64,000 nucleotides of DNA from NCBI GenBank assembly GCA_965240465.1, contig OZ251219.1, positions 1,535,139 through 1,599,138 of the forward strand, in the 5' to 3' direction. This DNA comes from a bacterium. Lineage in GTDB: Bacteria; SAR324; JACQKK01. Below, piece by piece: positions 18,810-29,154 of the stretch. How positions within the stretch are numbered: position 1 is the stretch's first letter; each line of letters starts with the position of its first letter. The notes under the pieces were generated by a model. The model was given only the letters and a program-made list of their open reading frames with translations, searched no databases and was not told the origin of the DNA. Position numbers and translations under genes: made by a program.

Positions 18810-21242
18810 ATGTTGGTAAAAATCATAGCCTTGGGACTGGAAGCACAGGTTTGGAAGGATTTATTTGCTCGCCTGCAAGAAGATAAGGTGTCCACAGCGG
18901 TAGCCACGTACTGTGAGCCTCTAGAAATGGCTGGTTTGCTAAATCGCTTGGAAGGTTATCATCAAGAAGCCTGCGACATACTCCTGTGCGGGGTGATGGC
19001 GGAATCTAACCCGCGGGATTCCTTAAAAATGATGGCAGACATTCATAGGCTACTGAAACCTGCTCCCTCATTGGTGCTGGCACTGCCAACTCCTCAATTG
19101 CAAAAGTTGGTAGCTAGTCGGCTGTCCTTGCGAGTGGAACTCCCAAAACGTTCTCCCCTGCCGATCTTTAGTCCTGCTCTGCTAGTGGAAAAATCACAGC
19201 TACAATTTCCCTTACTAGAAATTAATTCAAGCATCAAAAGGCTTATCTTTCGCAATGGTGATGTCTTCACTAGGCACACACAGCCGCATCAGCTACCCGA
19301 TAACACTCTTATCGGACTGGATATGCTGGAAAATATTCACGATGCCCACGATAATCCATGTTCCCCTTCCCGCTGGCTGAAGACGGTCTTAAAAGAAATT
19401 GGAGTACAACTTAACTATAAACCATTGGGAATACTTAAGAATTCCCAAGGATTGTTCTTATCGCCAGGGGTATCCACCTTAGATATTGGCCGTATTTGGT
19501 TAAATAATATGCTCTTTGAGAGCTGGCTAGACCTAGATCCTCAATCCAAGCAGGGCGGATTTAAGCAATTACTGGAGCTGCTAGCTCGCACCGCCCAAGA
19601 AAATTCTGACCGATGGAGAACCGCCTACCAAGCTTTTAGACAAGCTGAACAAAAAACCGATGTCCCCATATGGCTTCAGGGAGGTACTCCTCTGCTACGA
19701 GATGGCTTACGCTACTTACTGCTTCAGGCAGGATATAAGTCGGTCCAATCGCGGACATCCGCGGTGCCTTTCAACGAGCCAGCTCTGCTTTTGCACCTTG
19801 ATGAAAAAGACCCCTTGGAAGAAATACACCTAGTGCCTCCAAACATAGTACATTGGGGTAAGGAATTATCTCGGTTACTAACCCCTCTCTCTGTTATCCC
19901 AAATTGGCAAACCCTTGAATTTAGACCTTCCCCAGCTGCCAATCCCGACCAACTCGCACCTGAAGAAGACAACCTACAAATCTTCCAAGGAAGACACCGC
20001 AAACTACTTGATGCCCTAAAAATGAACCGAAAACGACTCCTAATGCTACAGCAAACCAAAGAACTTACCTCCGCTGCCCTATCTCAGCCCCTGCTTAACG
20101 ACAACTTCACCAACTGGCAAAACAGAGCCGAAAACCATGATGGTACCAATGAAAGTACCAATCAAGAACCAGATGAACGCAATAGCTCTGCTGGCTCTAC
20201 AAATGGCTCTGCTGACTCTACAAATGGCTCTGGCTCTGCTGATGGCTCAGAAGAAACGGTGAACTCCGAGCGTCAATTGGTGCCAAAAGCCCTGCTTTTC
20301 ACTGACGATGATGAAGAAGCTGCTGACTGGATGCTATCATGTACTCATATCCCACAAAAACGCTGGCTAAATCTGCAGTCGGTACAAGATGCCGAAACTC
20401 TGCTCCGATTTCCCATGCCAGCCCCCACACCCCCAGCCCCTCATTCCAATGTTGCTGATGCCAATGTTACCGATGCCAATGTTGCTGATTCCAACACTGA
20501 TGCCAATGCTCCCCTGATATTCATTTCTGTTCGTACTAAGGCTCGCCTGCTGAAGCTGAAGCAGCATCTTATTGAGGAGCAACAACAAGCTCAAGATGCC
20601 CTAGTTAGCATCCGAGAGCGTGATGATTTTTATCGTACCGAATGCCAAAAGCAAGCTTATCAGGCACATCAGACTGCATCTGACTGGCTCTTAGTAGCTC
20701 TTGAGAGGTGGTTGCAACAAAGTAGTTTGCCTGTTGTTTTGGAGCAGACCTGTAAGGATCGGGAACGCGTTTGGTTTTCAGCATCTTATATTCACAACAT
20801 TGGCTTAATTGCTTCTTCTCATGAGAATCGTCAATCTATTCTCAATGCCTGTAAGAAGCTGCTTTTATCCCTCAAAGAGCAGCGTAGTGCCATTCCACAA
20901 TTCATATATCATCCAGAAGATTATTCACTGCCGTCTAACGAACACCCTAACCTCCCTGTCTTTAACGAGTACATACAGATGTTAAGATCCCATTTATCGG
21001 CTAAAAATCTCCATTTGCTCTTGATAGAGTATCCTTATGAGATTGCTTGCTCCATTTTGGAGGCTCTGGCACCCGAAATAAAGGATATTCCTGCCATTGT
21101 ACTGATGCCAGATACTTGTTCTCCGCCTCCGATATTGCGTCCGAAAACTCGCTTTCGCTGGGTACCCAGACTAGGTAGCATCTCCCTTGATTATGAGGGA
21201 GGAGCTGTAGCAGCTATCCGATCCTGCTTAGACACCAGATAA
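18810..21242 (+). CDS. Large hypothetical protein with coiled-coil segments and low-complexity insertions
   Basis: 810-aa ORF; no family recognised. Confidence 0.7.
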   Translation: MLVKIIALGLEAQVWKDLFARLQEDKVSTAVATYCEPLEMAGLLNRLEGYHQEACDILLCGVMAESNPRDSLKMMADIHRLLKPAPSLVLALPTPQLQKLVASRLSLRVELPKRSPLPIFSPALLVEKSQLQFPLLEINSSIKRLIFRNGDVFTRHTQPHQLPDNTLIGLDMLENIHDAHDNPCSPSRWLKTVLKEIGVQLNYKPLGILKNSQGLFLSPGVSTLDIGRIWLNNMLFESWLDLDPQSKQGGFKQLLELLARTAQENSDRWRTAYQAFRQAEQKTDVPIWLQGGTPLLRDGLRYLLLQAGYKSVQSRTSAVPFNEPALLLHLDEKDPLEEIHLVPPNIVHWGKELSRLLTPLSVIPNWQTLEFRPSPAANPDQLAPEEDNLQIFQGRHRKLLDALKMNRKRLLMLQQTKELTSAALSQPLLNDNFTNWQNRAENHDGTNESTNQEPDERNSSAGSTNGSADSTNGSGSADGSEETVNSERQLVPKALLFTDDDEEAADWMLSCTHIPQKRWLNLQSVQDAETLLRFPMPAPTPPAPHSNVADANVTDANVADSNTDANAPLIFISVRTKARLLKLKQHLIEEQQQAQDALVSIRERDDFYRTECQKQAYQAHQTASDWLLVALERWLQQSSLPVVLEQTCKDRERVWFSASYIHNIGLIASSHENRQSILNACKKLLLSLKEQRSAIPQFIYHPEDYSLPSNEHPNLPVFNEYIQMLRSHLSAKNLHLLLIEYPYEIACSILEALAPEIKDIPAIVLMPDTCSPPPILRPKTRFRWVPRLGSISLDYEGGAVAAIRSCLDTR

Positions 21243-21289
21243 GGCTTGCGTGCTTAGGTCAAGCGATTGCTAACAGAGTAGGCAATAGG

Positions 21290-21460
21290 AATAGATAGGA
21301 GGCATGGATGGCACAGATAGAGGCATGGATAAGGCAGATAATAGGCATAGATGGCACAGATAAGAGGCATAGATGGCACAGATAGAGGCATGGATAAGAG
21401 GCAGATAAGAGGCATAGATGGCACAGATAAGAGGCATGGATAGGAGGCACCGATAAGATA
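21290..21460. repeat. Degenerate repeat GGCATAGATGGCACAGATAAGA running up to the rsmA start
   Basis: Directly visible. Confidence 0.8.
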
Positions 21461-22269
21461 TGGGTAGGCGATTTGGTCAGCATTTTTTGAGGAGCAAAGA
21501 TACTGCCCAACGCATAGTGGCTACGGTTGAGCTTGGGGAGGGATCATTTGTATTGGAGATTGGTCCTGGCAGGGGAGCTCTCACCAGCGTGTTGCTGGGA
21601 ACGGGAGCACGTGTTTGTGCCATAGAGCATGATGCCCTTTTGTTTGAATATCTCCAGCAAAAATGGGGGCAACATCCACGCATATCGCTATTGCACGATG
21701 ATATACTTCGGGCTGATCTTCACCCAGCAGAGCTCTTTGGTCAGCACCTCCAAGATTTGCAGCCATTTTACATTGTTGCCAATATTCCCTACTACCTCAC
21801 CACTCCCCTGCTGATGAAGCTCATTCCCATCCGTGCCAATCTTAAGCGGGTGGTACTCACCTTGCAGAATGAGATCGCCGAAAGAATTGTTGCTCAGCCA
21901 AACACCTCTAAAAAATATGGCTCTCTCAGCGTAGCCGTGCAGCATGCTTTCCATCCCCGAATACATTTTCAGCTTCCGCCCGAGGCTTTTTTGCCACCCC
22001 CAAAGGTGCATTCTGCAGTACTTTCCTTGCTACCTAAGAAGCAATTTATGCATCCTGAACTGGAACATAGTTTCCTCCAGTGGTGCAAACAAGTTTTCTC
22101 TCAACGCCGCAAGCAGTTCGGTAATATATCGCCTGCCAAATTACAAGCACCAGCTACCCTGTCTTCTCTCAGCCTACCTGCCTTGCCTTCCAATTGGAAA
22201 ACACTAAGACCAGAAGTACTTAGTCCCTCGCAACTCCTGAATATCTTTGTGAACGGACTGCTTAACTAG
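21460..22269 (+). CDS. rsmA: 16S rRNA dimethyladenosine transferase
   Basis: GQHFL, LEIGPGRGALT, ANIPYY, PPPKVHS and QRRK motifs. Confidence 0.95.
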   Translation: MGRRFGQHFLRSKDTAQRIVATVELGEGSFVLEIGPGRGALTSVLLGTGARVCAIEHDALLFEYLQQKWGQHPRISLLHDDILRADLHPAELFGQHLQDLQPFYIVANIPYYLTTPLLMKLIPIRANLKRVVLTLQNEIAERIVAQPNTSKKYGSLSVAVQHAFHPRIHFQLPPEAFLPPPKVHSAVLSLLPKKQFMHPELEHSFLQWCKQVFSQRRKQFGNISPAKLQAPATLSSLSLPALPSNWKTLRPEVLSPSQLLNIFVNGLLN

Positions 22270-22360
22270 CCAAGTACCTACCTTGATTTTTCACCCTTGC
22301 TTAGCTTAGAATAGCGATGTAAGGAACTCAGTATCTTTTCAAGCTTGTCAGGATAATAAC

Positions 22361-22714
22361 ATGGAAAAAACTTCACACGTTTTGCATATTACTCCCAGAG
22401 CTGCCGAGCAGGTGAAAAGCGTCTTGGATGGGGAGCAAATATTGCTCCGTATTGATGCGGTCAAGGGGGGTTGCTCGGGCTATAAGTACACCCTGGATGC
22501 GACCGAAAGCATTGCTCCTAACGATGTCCAATTTTCTTCCAATGGACTGATCCTAATCGCTGATAGTAGCCGACTGAATGACATCTTAGGTTCTTTGGAG
22601 ATAGACTATCAGGATGGCAATTTAGTTGAGCAAGGTTTTACCTTCAAGCCCATCTCTGCTGGTGATACCAATTGCGGCTGTGGTAAGTCTTTTGCCCCTG
22701 TTAAGGGGACTTGA
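22361..22714 (+). CDS. HesB/IscA/ErpA Fe-S cluster carrier protein
   Basis: GGCSGYKY and CGCGKSF motifs. Confidence 0.92.
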   Translation: MEKTSHVLHITPRAAEQVKSVLDGEQILLRIDAVKGGCSGYKYTLDATESIAPNDVQFSSNGLILIADSSRLNDILGSLEIDYQDGNLVEQGFTFKPISAGDTNCGCGKSFAPVKGT

Positions 22715-24204
22715 TGATGAATTATCAGAGGACGGAATCTTCCAGAAACCGTGTTTGGTGGCTGGCGGTATCTGTGATAGTGCTGGCGTACGCGGTGCGT
22801 GTTTGGGCGGCTTATTACATTCCACTTTTTGACACCACCGAGGCCCGCTACGCCGATATGGCTCGCAAGATGGTGGAGTCTTCCGACTGGATTAACGTCC
22901 CGTACGATGGCGAAGTTGATTTTTGGTCAAAACCGCCGTCGAGTTTTTGGATATCGGCATTGGGTGTGAAGCTCTTTGGAGACGGAGAGTTAAGTTCTCG
23001 CATAGGTTTGTTGCTGGTGAGCCTCATGTTTTTGTGGGGTTGGTATGCTTGGGTGCGAAAAATCTTGGGAGCACATTTATCTGTGATGGCGACTTTAGCC
23101 TTAGCGATTTCTCCTGCGTACTTAATATCATCAGCGGTTATTTTCACGGATATGATGCTCACCATAGCAATATCTATTGCCCTGATGGGATTTTGGAATC
23201 GGATAAACTATGCCAATCCCAAGGCGGAGTGGTTTTTATACTTGGGAATGGCTATGGGACTGCTGTCTAAGGGGCCGATAGCCTTATTGTTCATTTTATT
23301 TCCAATCGGTATTTGGGCGTTCGTTAATGGAAAAATCAGGCAGGTCTGGCGGGACTTTCAATGGATAAAGGGGGGAATCATGGTTTTGCTCATCGCGATA
23401 CCTTGGTACGTGCTGTTTGAAATTAAAAGCCCCGGATTTTTGCATTATTTCATAATGAAAGAACACTTAGGCCGCTTCTTTGCTGGCGATTCTCTCAATC
23501 AGGGATATTTATTCGGTAGCATTCATAAAAGACCGTTGGGGACTATCTGGGCAGCATTGTTCATCGGGTGCTTGCCATTCAGTCTACTGGCGATTGGATT
23601 GGTTTTCAAAAGAAGCACTCTTGACCTTTATCGGAATCACCGCTCGCTGATCAATTTCCTGCTCTGGTGGATGCTGGGTCCCTTACTCTTATTCAGCTTT
23701 ACCAGACACATTTTGGAATCGTATGCCCTGCCCGCCGTACCACCCTTTATCATGCTGATAACCATGCTGATAATGAACGCCCGCCCCAAACAACAAATCA
23801 CCCGCAGCTACTGGGTGATGGCTTTGAGCTTAGGTATTATAGTCCCGTTTATTTTATCATCCGTCTATTTCACTCGTGAGTCGTACCAAAATCCAAAACT
23901 CACCAAGAAGCAACTGATCTCCTACATAACCCAAGGAGAATTCTTGGACTGTCCCCTTTTTATCTGGAAAGATAGATCATTCTCTGCTGAATATTACAGC
24001 CAAGGTGCCACTAAGACCGCCCGCAACTTTGATGCACTACAAGCAGCTGCCAAAGCAAAAACATGTGCCCTTTTGGTTATCAATAAAAAGCTTGAAACCA
24101 GCTTCCCCGCAGATAAACGAGAGAAAATCAGAATTGTTAAAAAGTACCCGACCATCACCCTTTACATCCTAAGTGACAAAGCAGATTATCCTCCACCAAA
24201 ATAA
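22711..24204 (+). CDS. ArnT/GT39-family membrane glycosyltransferase
   Basis: DTTEARYA, KPP and KGP motifs; many TMs. Confidence 0.88.
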   Translation: MMMNYQRTESSRNRVWWLAVSVIVLAYAVRVWAAYYIPLFDTTEARYADMARKMVESSDWINVPYDGEVDFWSKPPSSFWISALGVKLFGDGELSSRIGLLLVSLMFLWGWYAWVRKILGAHLSVMATLALAISPAYLISSAVIFTDMMLTIAISIALMGFWNRINYANPKAEWFLYLGMAMGLLSKGPIALLFILFPIGIWAFVNGKIRQVWRDFQWIKGGIMVLLIAIPWYVLFEIKSPGFLHYFIMKEHLGRFFAGDSLNQGYLFGSIHKRPLGTIWAALFIGCLPFSLLAIGLVFKRSTLDLYRNHRSLINFLLWWMLGPLLLFSFTRHILESYALPAVPPFIMLITMLIMNARPKQQITRSYWVMALSLGIIVPFILSSVYFTRESYQNPKLTKKQLISYITQGEFLDCPLFIWKDRSFSAEYYSQGATKTARNFDALQAAAKAKTCALLVINKKLETSFPADKREKIRIVKKYPTITLYILSDKADYPPPK

Positions 24205-24209
24205 TGGGG

Positions 24210-25148
24210 CTAAGATGCCGATTTCGCGTACACATCCATAACTGCTCGCAACAACTTCAGGGCCGCGGGCTTTTCCCTCTGGAATGAATTACGACCGATA
24301 ATAGAGCCAAACCCACCCCCAACCATGATGCTACCTACCTCTTGGAGAATTTCATCCTCACCTTTAGCAGGGCCACCCGAAAAAATGACAACCCGCCTCC
24401 CATTAAAGCACGATCGCACGATATAGCTCACACGCTGGCTAAGCCTCCCAAGGATTATCGGGTACTCTTGATATATCTTTTGTGATTCCTTTTGTTCTAC
24501 ATGCTCGGTGGGAAGCTTGACCTTAACAATGTTTGCTCCCAGTAAGCAGGCTAGGTGAGCTGCATAAGCCACTATATCAATGGCGGTTTCGCCTTCCTTA
24601 GAGAGAAATTTACCTCTGGGATAAGACCAAACAACTACCGCTAGTCCTGCAGATTTGGCTTCTAGGATCAGATCTCTTAGTTGCTCGTACATGAGGTTGG
24701 AAAACTCAGAACCCGGATAAATGGTAAATCCAACCGCACTAGCCCCAAGGCGTAGGGCGTCCTCAATGCTGGAGGTGATGGCAGGGCAAGGCTCGCCAGA
24801 AACCAAAGAAGTACTGCTGTTTAACTTGAGGATAAGCGGAATCTCGGCTGGAAAATCAGCCGCGGCAGCCTCCAACGCCCCAAGAGGAGCAGCATAAGCA
24901 CTACAACCAGCTGCTATGGCTAACTCAAAGTGGAAACGAGGGTCATAGGCAGCAGGATTAGGCTCAAAGGAGCGGGTTGGGCCATGCTCAAATCCCTGGT
25001 CAACAGGTAAGATAACCATCCTCCCGCTACCGCCAGTAGTCCCTTGATAGAGCATGCGAGCAATGTTGGTAAGAGTACCAGTGTTCTCATGCTTGTACCA
25101 ACTAAGGATTTCCTTAACACGCTTAGTGGTTTTAATAGTTGGGTTCAT
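24210..25148 (-). CDS. fbaB: Class I fructose-bisphosphate aldolase (DhnA/FbaB type)
   Basis: LPVDQGFEHGP, WSYPRG, IVKVK (Schiff-base Lys) and IGRNSFQR motifs. Confidence 0.92.
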   Translation of the reverse strand: MNPTIKTTKRVKEILSWYKHENTGTLTNIARMLYQGTTGGSGRMVILPVDQGFEHGPTRSFEPNPAAYDPRFHFELAIAAGCSAYAAPLGALEAAAADFPAEIPLILKLNSSTSLVSGEPCPAITSSIEDALRLGASAVGFTIYPGSEFSNLMYEQLRDLILEAKSAGLAVVVWSYPRGKFLSKEGETAIDIVAYAAHLACLLGANIVKVKLPTEHVEQKESQKIYQEYPIILGRLSQRVSYIVRSCFNGRRVVIFSGGPAKGEDEILQEVGSIMVGGGFGSIIGRNSFQREKPAALKLLRAVMDVYAKSAS

Positions 25149-25286
25149 GTTGAATATTTGGGTATCTTGTGTGATGGTGGGGTTGTTTGTCCCCCTAGGG
25201 TCTAAGCATTCCTATAAGTGCAAAGCATGCCTATAAGCGTAAGCGTAAAGCATGCCCCATCGGTAACACAATCAGAGTAAAGGCTA

Positions 25287-27488
25287 ATGGATATAAACAT
25301 AAATAAGCAAGTTAAAAAAAATGACGAGTATGAAGCTCCAGAGATAAAATTAAAGGGGATCAAGTTCAAAGGAGTAATTAGTCGCTCGGACAAAGCTCAT
25401 CAGGCGGGCGGGGGCGAAGCTCCTTATCAGGCGAGGGCGGGCGGGACTCAGGCGAGGGGGGGGGGGGGCGAAGCTCCTTATCAAGCGAGGGCAGGCGGGA
25501 CTCAGGCGAGGGGAGGGGGGGGCGAAGCTCCTTATCAAGCGAGGGGGGGCGAAGCCCCTTATCAAGCGAGGGCAGGCAGGACACAGGCGGGCGGAGATTA
25601 TCAATCGAGGGCAGGCGGGACTCAGGCGAGGGGGGGGGGGGGCGAAGCTCCTTATCAAGCGAGGGCGGGCAGGACACAGGCGGGGGGGGGCGAAGCTCCT
25701 TATCAAGCGAGGGGGGGCGAAGCTCCTTATCAAGCGAGGGCAGGCAGGACACAGGCGGGCGGAGATTATCAAGCGAGGGGAGGGGGGGGCGAAGCTCCTT
25801 ATCAGGCGAGAGGGGGCGAAGCTCCTTATCAGGCGAGAGGGGGCGAAGCTCCTTATCAAGCGAGGGCAGGCGGGACTCAGGCGAGGGCAGGCGGGACTCA
25901 GGCGAGGGGAGGCGAAGCTCCTTATCAGGCGAGAGGGGGCGAAGCTCCTTATCAAGCGAGGGCAGGCAGGACACAGGCGAGCGGAGATTATCAAGCGAGG
26001 GGAGGCGGGGGCGAAGCTCCTTATCAAGCGAGGGCGGGCAGGACTCAGGCGGGGGGGGGCGAAGCTCCTTATCAGGCGAGGGCGGGCAGGACTCAGGCGG
26101 GGGGGGGCGAAGCTCCTTATCAGGCAGGCGAGGGCATAGATCATCATCAGGCGAGGACGGGCGGAGTATTGGTTACTCGTGGGCGTTCTATAGTGAAGGA
26201 AGAGCATGAAACTTCAAATTGGCGGAAGAGACCGAGCGATGAGTTATTGATGCGTTGTGTGTTGCTGGATAGTATAGCGGGCAGTGAGGGCATTACGGGG
26301 GAAGGTATTGCGGGTGAAGGTATTGCGGGGGAGGAGCGGGAGCGTCAGTTGCTATCTGGGGTGGATTGGAATTTGGCTGTCAAGCACATATTTGAGTTGC
26401 ATAGGTTATACACTGGGAGGGGAAAGAAGGAGTATCAGGGGGTAGAGAATCCTTTATGGGGTCGGGAGTTGGGGTATCAGTTGTATTATTTACCTCGTAA
26501 TTTGCATAGGGTTCGTTGTGTGTTGCGCGGGTTGCCTTGGTTTCAGGGTGGGGAGGACTGGTTATTGCGTCCTTGGCTAAGATTGCGTGATGGTGAGTGG
26601 TCGTTGTCTTGGTTGGACTTAGGTTGTGGGACGGGGGCCTTTAGTTTGGCTTGGTTGCAGTGGTTGGCGGGCTTAGGGGCACCCCTTGAGGGATGGCCTA
26701 GCTTACATATTACCCTAGTTGATCAATCTCATCGCCTATTGGATATAGCTGAGCGTCAAATACGTCTATATGTTAAGGTAGCCTTACCAGCAGCTAAGTT
26801 GAGAATAGTGCGAGTGGCCCGCGGGATTGCTCCGTGGTTGGAGAGTGAGGCTGGGAAGAAGTCATTTTGTTTGGTAGGGGTAGCGATGTCTTTAACGGAG
26901 CTAGGATTATTGGGGCCGCGTCGTAAGAGTGAGCGTTCTGGCATTATGCTCAAAGGACTGCAAGAACGCGTTTCCAATGGGGGCTTGATGCTCTTTGTGG
27001 AACCGGGCGTTCGTAAGGGCTATCTTAACCTGATGATGCTACATCCTTGGCTAAGAAAACACCCGATATTGTATCCGTGTCCTCATCAGCAGCCTTGCCC
27101 GATGTGGCATCCTGCCGTGCGTAATTGGTGTCATGCCACTGAAATACTGCCTCGGCACTTCTTTTTTGATGAGCCACTGCAACGCTATGGTGGACTTCAG
27201 TTTAATATGCGTGATGTCAATCTTTCTGCTTTGGCGGTTCAAAACACTGCCGATAGCAGCACTCCGCCATTTCGTCATTTGCAAGCTGGGGAAAGAGTGG
27301 TCTCTGGACTGATGCCTTTCAAGCAAGCCATGGCTTTTCCTCGGGTAATTAGAGATTCTTTGCATTCTTCGCCTCTATCTAAATCCTGCTTGGTATGTAC
27401 TGCCAACGGAAAACTGCGAGTGCTATCCGTATCGTCTCAAGATGAAGATATCTACCGAGGAGCTTGGCTTCGGACTTCCCAGAAATAA
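25287..27488 (+). CDS. Rsm22-like SAM-dependent methyltransferase with long N-terminal Gly/Arg-rich repeat
   Basis: YYLPRN, LDLGCGTG, VEPG and PCPHQQPCPM...WCH motifs; the true start may lie downstream of the repeat. Confidence 0.75.
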   Translation: MDININKQVKKNDEYEAPEIKLKGIKFKGVISRSDKAHQAGGGEAPYQARAGGTQARGGGGEAPYQARAGGTQARGGGGEAPYQARGGEAPYQARAGRTQAGGDYQSRAGGTQARGGGGEAPYQARAGRTQAGGGEAPYQARGGEAPYQARAGRTQAGGDYQARGGGGEAPYQARGGEAPYQARGGEAPYQARAGGTQARAGGTQARGGEAPYQARGGEAPYQARAGRTQASGDYQARGGGGEAPYQARAGRTQAGGGEAPYQARAGRTQAGGGEAPYQAGEGIDHHQARTGGVLVTRGRSIVKEEHETSNWRKRPSDELLMRCVLLDSIAGSEGITGEGIAGEGIAGEERERQLLSGVDWNLAVKHIFELHRLYTGRGKKEYQGVENPLWGRELGYQLYYLPRNLHRVRCVLRGLPWFQGGEDWLLRPWLRLRDGEWSLSWLDLGCGTGAFSLAWLQWLAGLGAPLEGWPSLHITLVDQSHRLLDIAERQIRLYVKVALPAAKLRIVRVARGIAPWLESEAGKKSFCLVGVAMSLTELGLLGPRRKSERSGIMLKGLQERVSNGGLMLFVEPGVRKGYLNLMMLHPWLRKHPILYPCPHQQPCPMWHPAVRNWCHATEILPRHFFFDEPLQRYGGLQFNMRDVNLSALAVQNTADSSTPPFRHLQAGERVVSGLMPFKQAMAFPRVIRDSLHSSPLSKSCLVCTANGKLRVLSVSSQDEDIYRGAWLRTSQK
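25395..26160. repeat. Modular G-rich repeat (core GGCGAAGCTCCTTATCAAGCGAGG plus GCAGGCGGGACTCAGGCG modules and G tracts)
   Basis: Encodes GGEAPYQAR/AGRTQA units; no unique spacers. Confidence 0.93.
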
Positions 27489-27518
27489 ACATGGACTTAC
27501 ATATTTCCAAGTCACATC

Positions 27519-29048
27519 ATGTCTTCACAGCCGACCCCTCCATACCTTGCCGAGCAAATACTTAGAGCTAGATTATCCTTGTTAGCTACAGGATGGCTGG
27601 ACATCATCAGCAAAAATAAAGATTTTCAAACCACCAATAAAAAAACCCTAAACATCCTTGATGGCGGAATACTCAGGCTTAGCGAACTTGATCCTAAAAT
27701 CTCTAAAACCAGTAAGCAATCTGCTTATTTGCTCTTCCGTGATGCCCACATTAAGCTAGATAACAAGCAGATTAAGGGTGTTTTGCAACTCAGTTGGGCA
27801 CCCATGGCTAAGCCCGTAGGCACCAAGATTATCTTGCGGGTTTGCTATCTTCCTCCTGCTCGGTCGGTTGCCGCTCCGTTGCTATCTCTGCAAAACCTGC
27901 TCGCAGAAAGACTCCACTGGGCCGAAAATCCTGCCACCGCTCCCATCCACAAATTGCCGGGCCTTTGCGGGATCGCCGCTAGCAATCACCCAGAGGAACT
28001 AGATAACCTAATACAGCATGCCGCCGAAGCCCGAGCTTATCTAAAAGCAGATAATCTCATCAGACCCCTAAAACAACACATCTCCAACCCCAACGATCCT
28101 CGCGTACAACATCAACTAGAACAAAAATTATTTGAAGGCATCTGTCGCTTTATCGGTTCTAAAAGTTATCAAGAACCTTTCTCGGCCCTGGCAAAACACT
28201 TTCCCCTCTCACAAATCAAAGATACCCTCCAGCTGAAACCAGAAAGAGCTAAGTTAAAAATCCTATCCCTTTGGATGGGTGCACTCCATATGCTAAAAGA
28301 ACCGCTCGCAGATATCCATCCAGATTGCCGTGCTTATTACTCCCAACTAAAAAATAACTGGGAAAAACATGATGCCCCCTCACCCCTAGTACCACTACAA
28401 AAAACCAGAACCCGACCACTAAACTCACTGGAACGCAGATTGATCGCCCTCTTTTGGCATATTTACCATCTGCAACCACATGGTCTCCTCAACGGATGGC
28501 TCGGACTCCTGAGCCAAATAGATCCTCTCCGCAATGACGAAACCATGCAATCCGAAGTGAAAAATATACTCAGAAAAGCTTTCCATACTCCCCACAACGA
28601 ACCTTGGCAACTACACACTACCTTCCATTCTAAAATGCTCCCTCAACCCGTGCAGCTCGCAGGAGATCATCTTGTTGCCGTACTCGCTGCCAATGCCATT
28701 GTCCCCTTCTTCCTAGGACTGGCTCGCTGGAAAAAAGATACCGAAATGGAAAAAACCCTCTATCGCTTCTACCTACTGCTACCAACCGAAATATCTAATC
28801 CTCGCATCCAATACATGGAAGAAAGACTCTTTCTATCCTCACATAAAAAAAGACCGCTAAGAAGCCAACAAGGAATCCTTCAGCTACATCAAGACTTCTG
28901 CCATCATTTCCCTTATAAATGCCAACTTTGTAAGATCCCTATCCTGAGGACACAGCATACTTTCATAGCCTGCCATGCTGACAATATTGACGATGGCTTT
29001 CTAAACAAACTCTTCCAGCCTCAGACGCATTCCGTACACGAAGATTAA
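27519..29048 (+). CDS. DUF2851-like protein
   Basis: C-terminal NAIVP...QGILQLHQDFC...C..C pattern. Confidence 0.6.
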   Translation: MSSQPTPPYLAEQILRARLSLLATGWLDIISKNKDFQTTNKKTLNILDGGILRLSELDPKISKTSKQSAYLLFRDAHIKLDNKQIKGVLQLSWAPMAKPVGTKIILRVCYLPPARSVAAPLLSLQNLLAERLHWAENPATAPIHKLPGLCGIAASNHPEELDNLIQHAAEARAYLKADNLIRPLKQHISNPNDPRVQHQLEQKLFEGICRFIGSKSYQEPFSALAKHFPLSQIKDTLQLKPERAKLKILSLWMGALHMLKEPLADIHPDCRAYYSQLKNNWEKHDAPSPLVPLQKTRTRPLNSLERRLIALFWHIYHLQPHGLLNGWLGLLSQIDPLRNDETMQSEVKNILRKAFHTPHNEPWQLHTTFHSKMLPQPVQLAGDHLVAVLAANAIVPFFLGLARWKKDTEMEKTLYRFYLLLPTEISNPRIQYMEERLFLSSHKKRPLRSQQGILQLHQDFCHHFPYKCQLCKIPILRTQHTFIACHADNIDDGFLNKLFQPQTHSVHED

Positions 29049-29090
29049 CATTGATTGTCAGCGAGGCATTTTGGCTCTATGCTGGTAGAG

Positions 29091-29132
29091 CATGGCAGAT
29101 AGATCATGACAGATAGATCATGGCAGATAGAT
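29091..29132. repeat. 14-nt tandem repeat CATGGCAGATAGAT x3
   Basis: Directly visible upstream of the ychF-like gene. Confidence 0.85.
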
Positions 29133-29154
29133 GACATCTAGTTAGTAGAGATAA

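Noticed and set aside
25395-26160. CRISPR array (recurring GGCGAAGCTCCTTATCA core)
   Set aside because: Intervening sequences are themselves repeated modules of variable length inside an ORF
25350-26207. Antisense ORFs of 285 and 198 aa
   Set aside because: Shadows of the G-rich repeat
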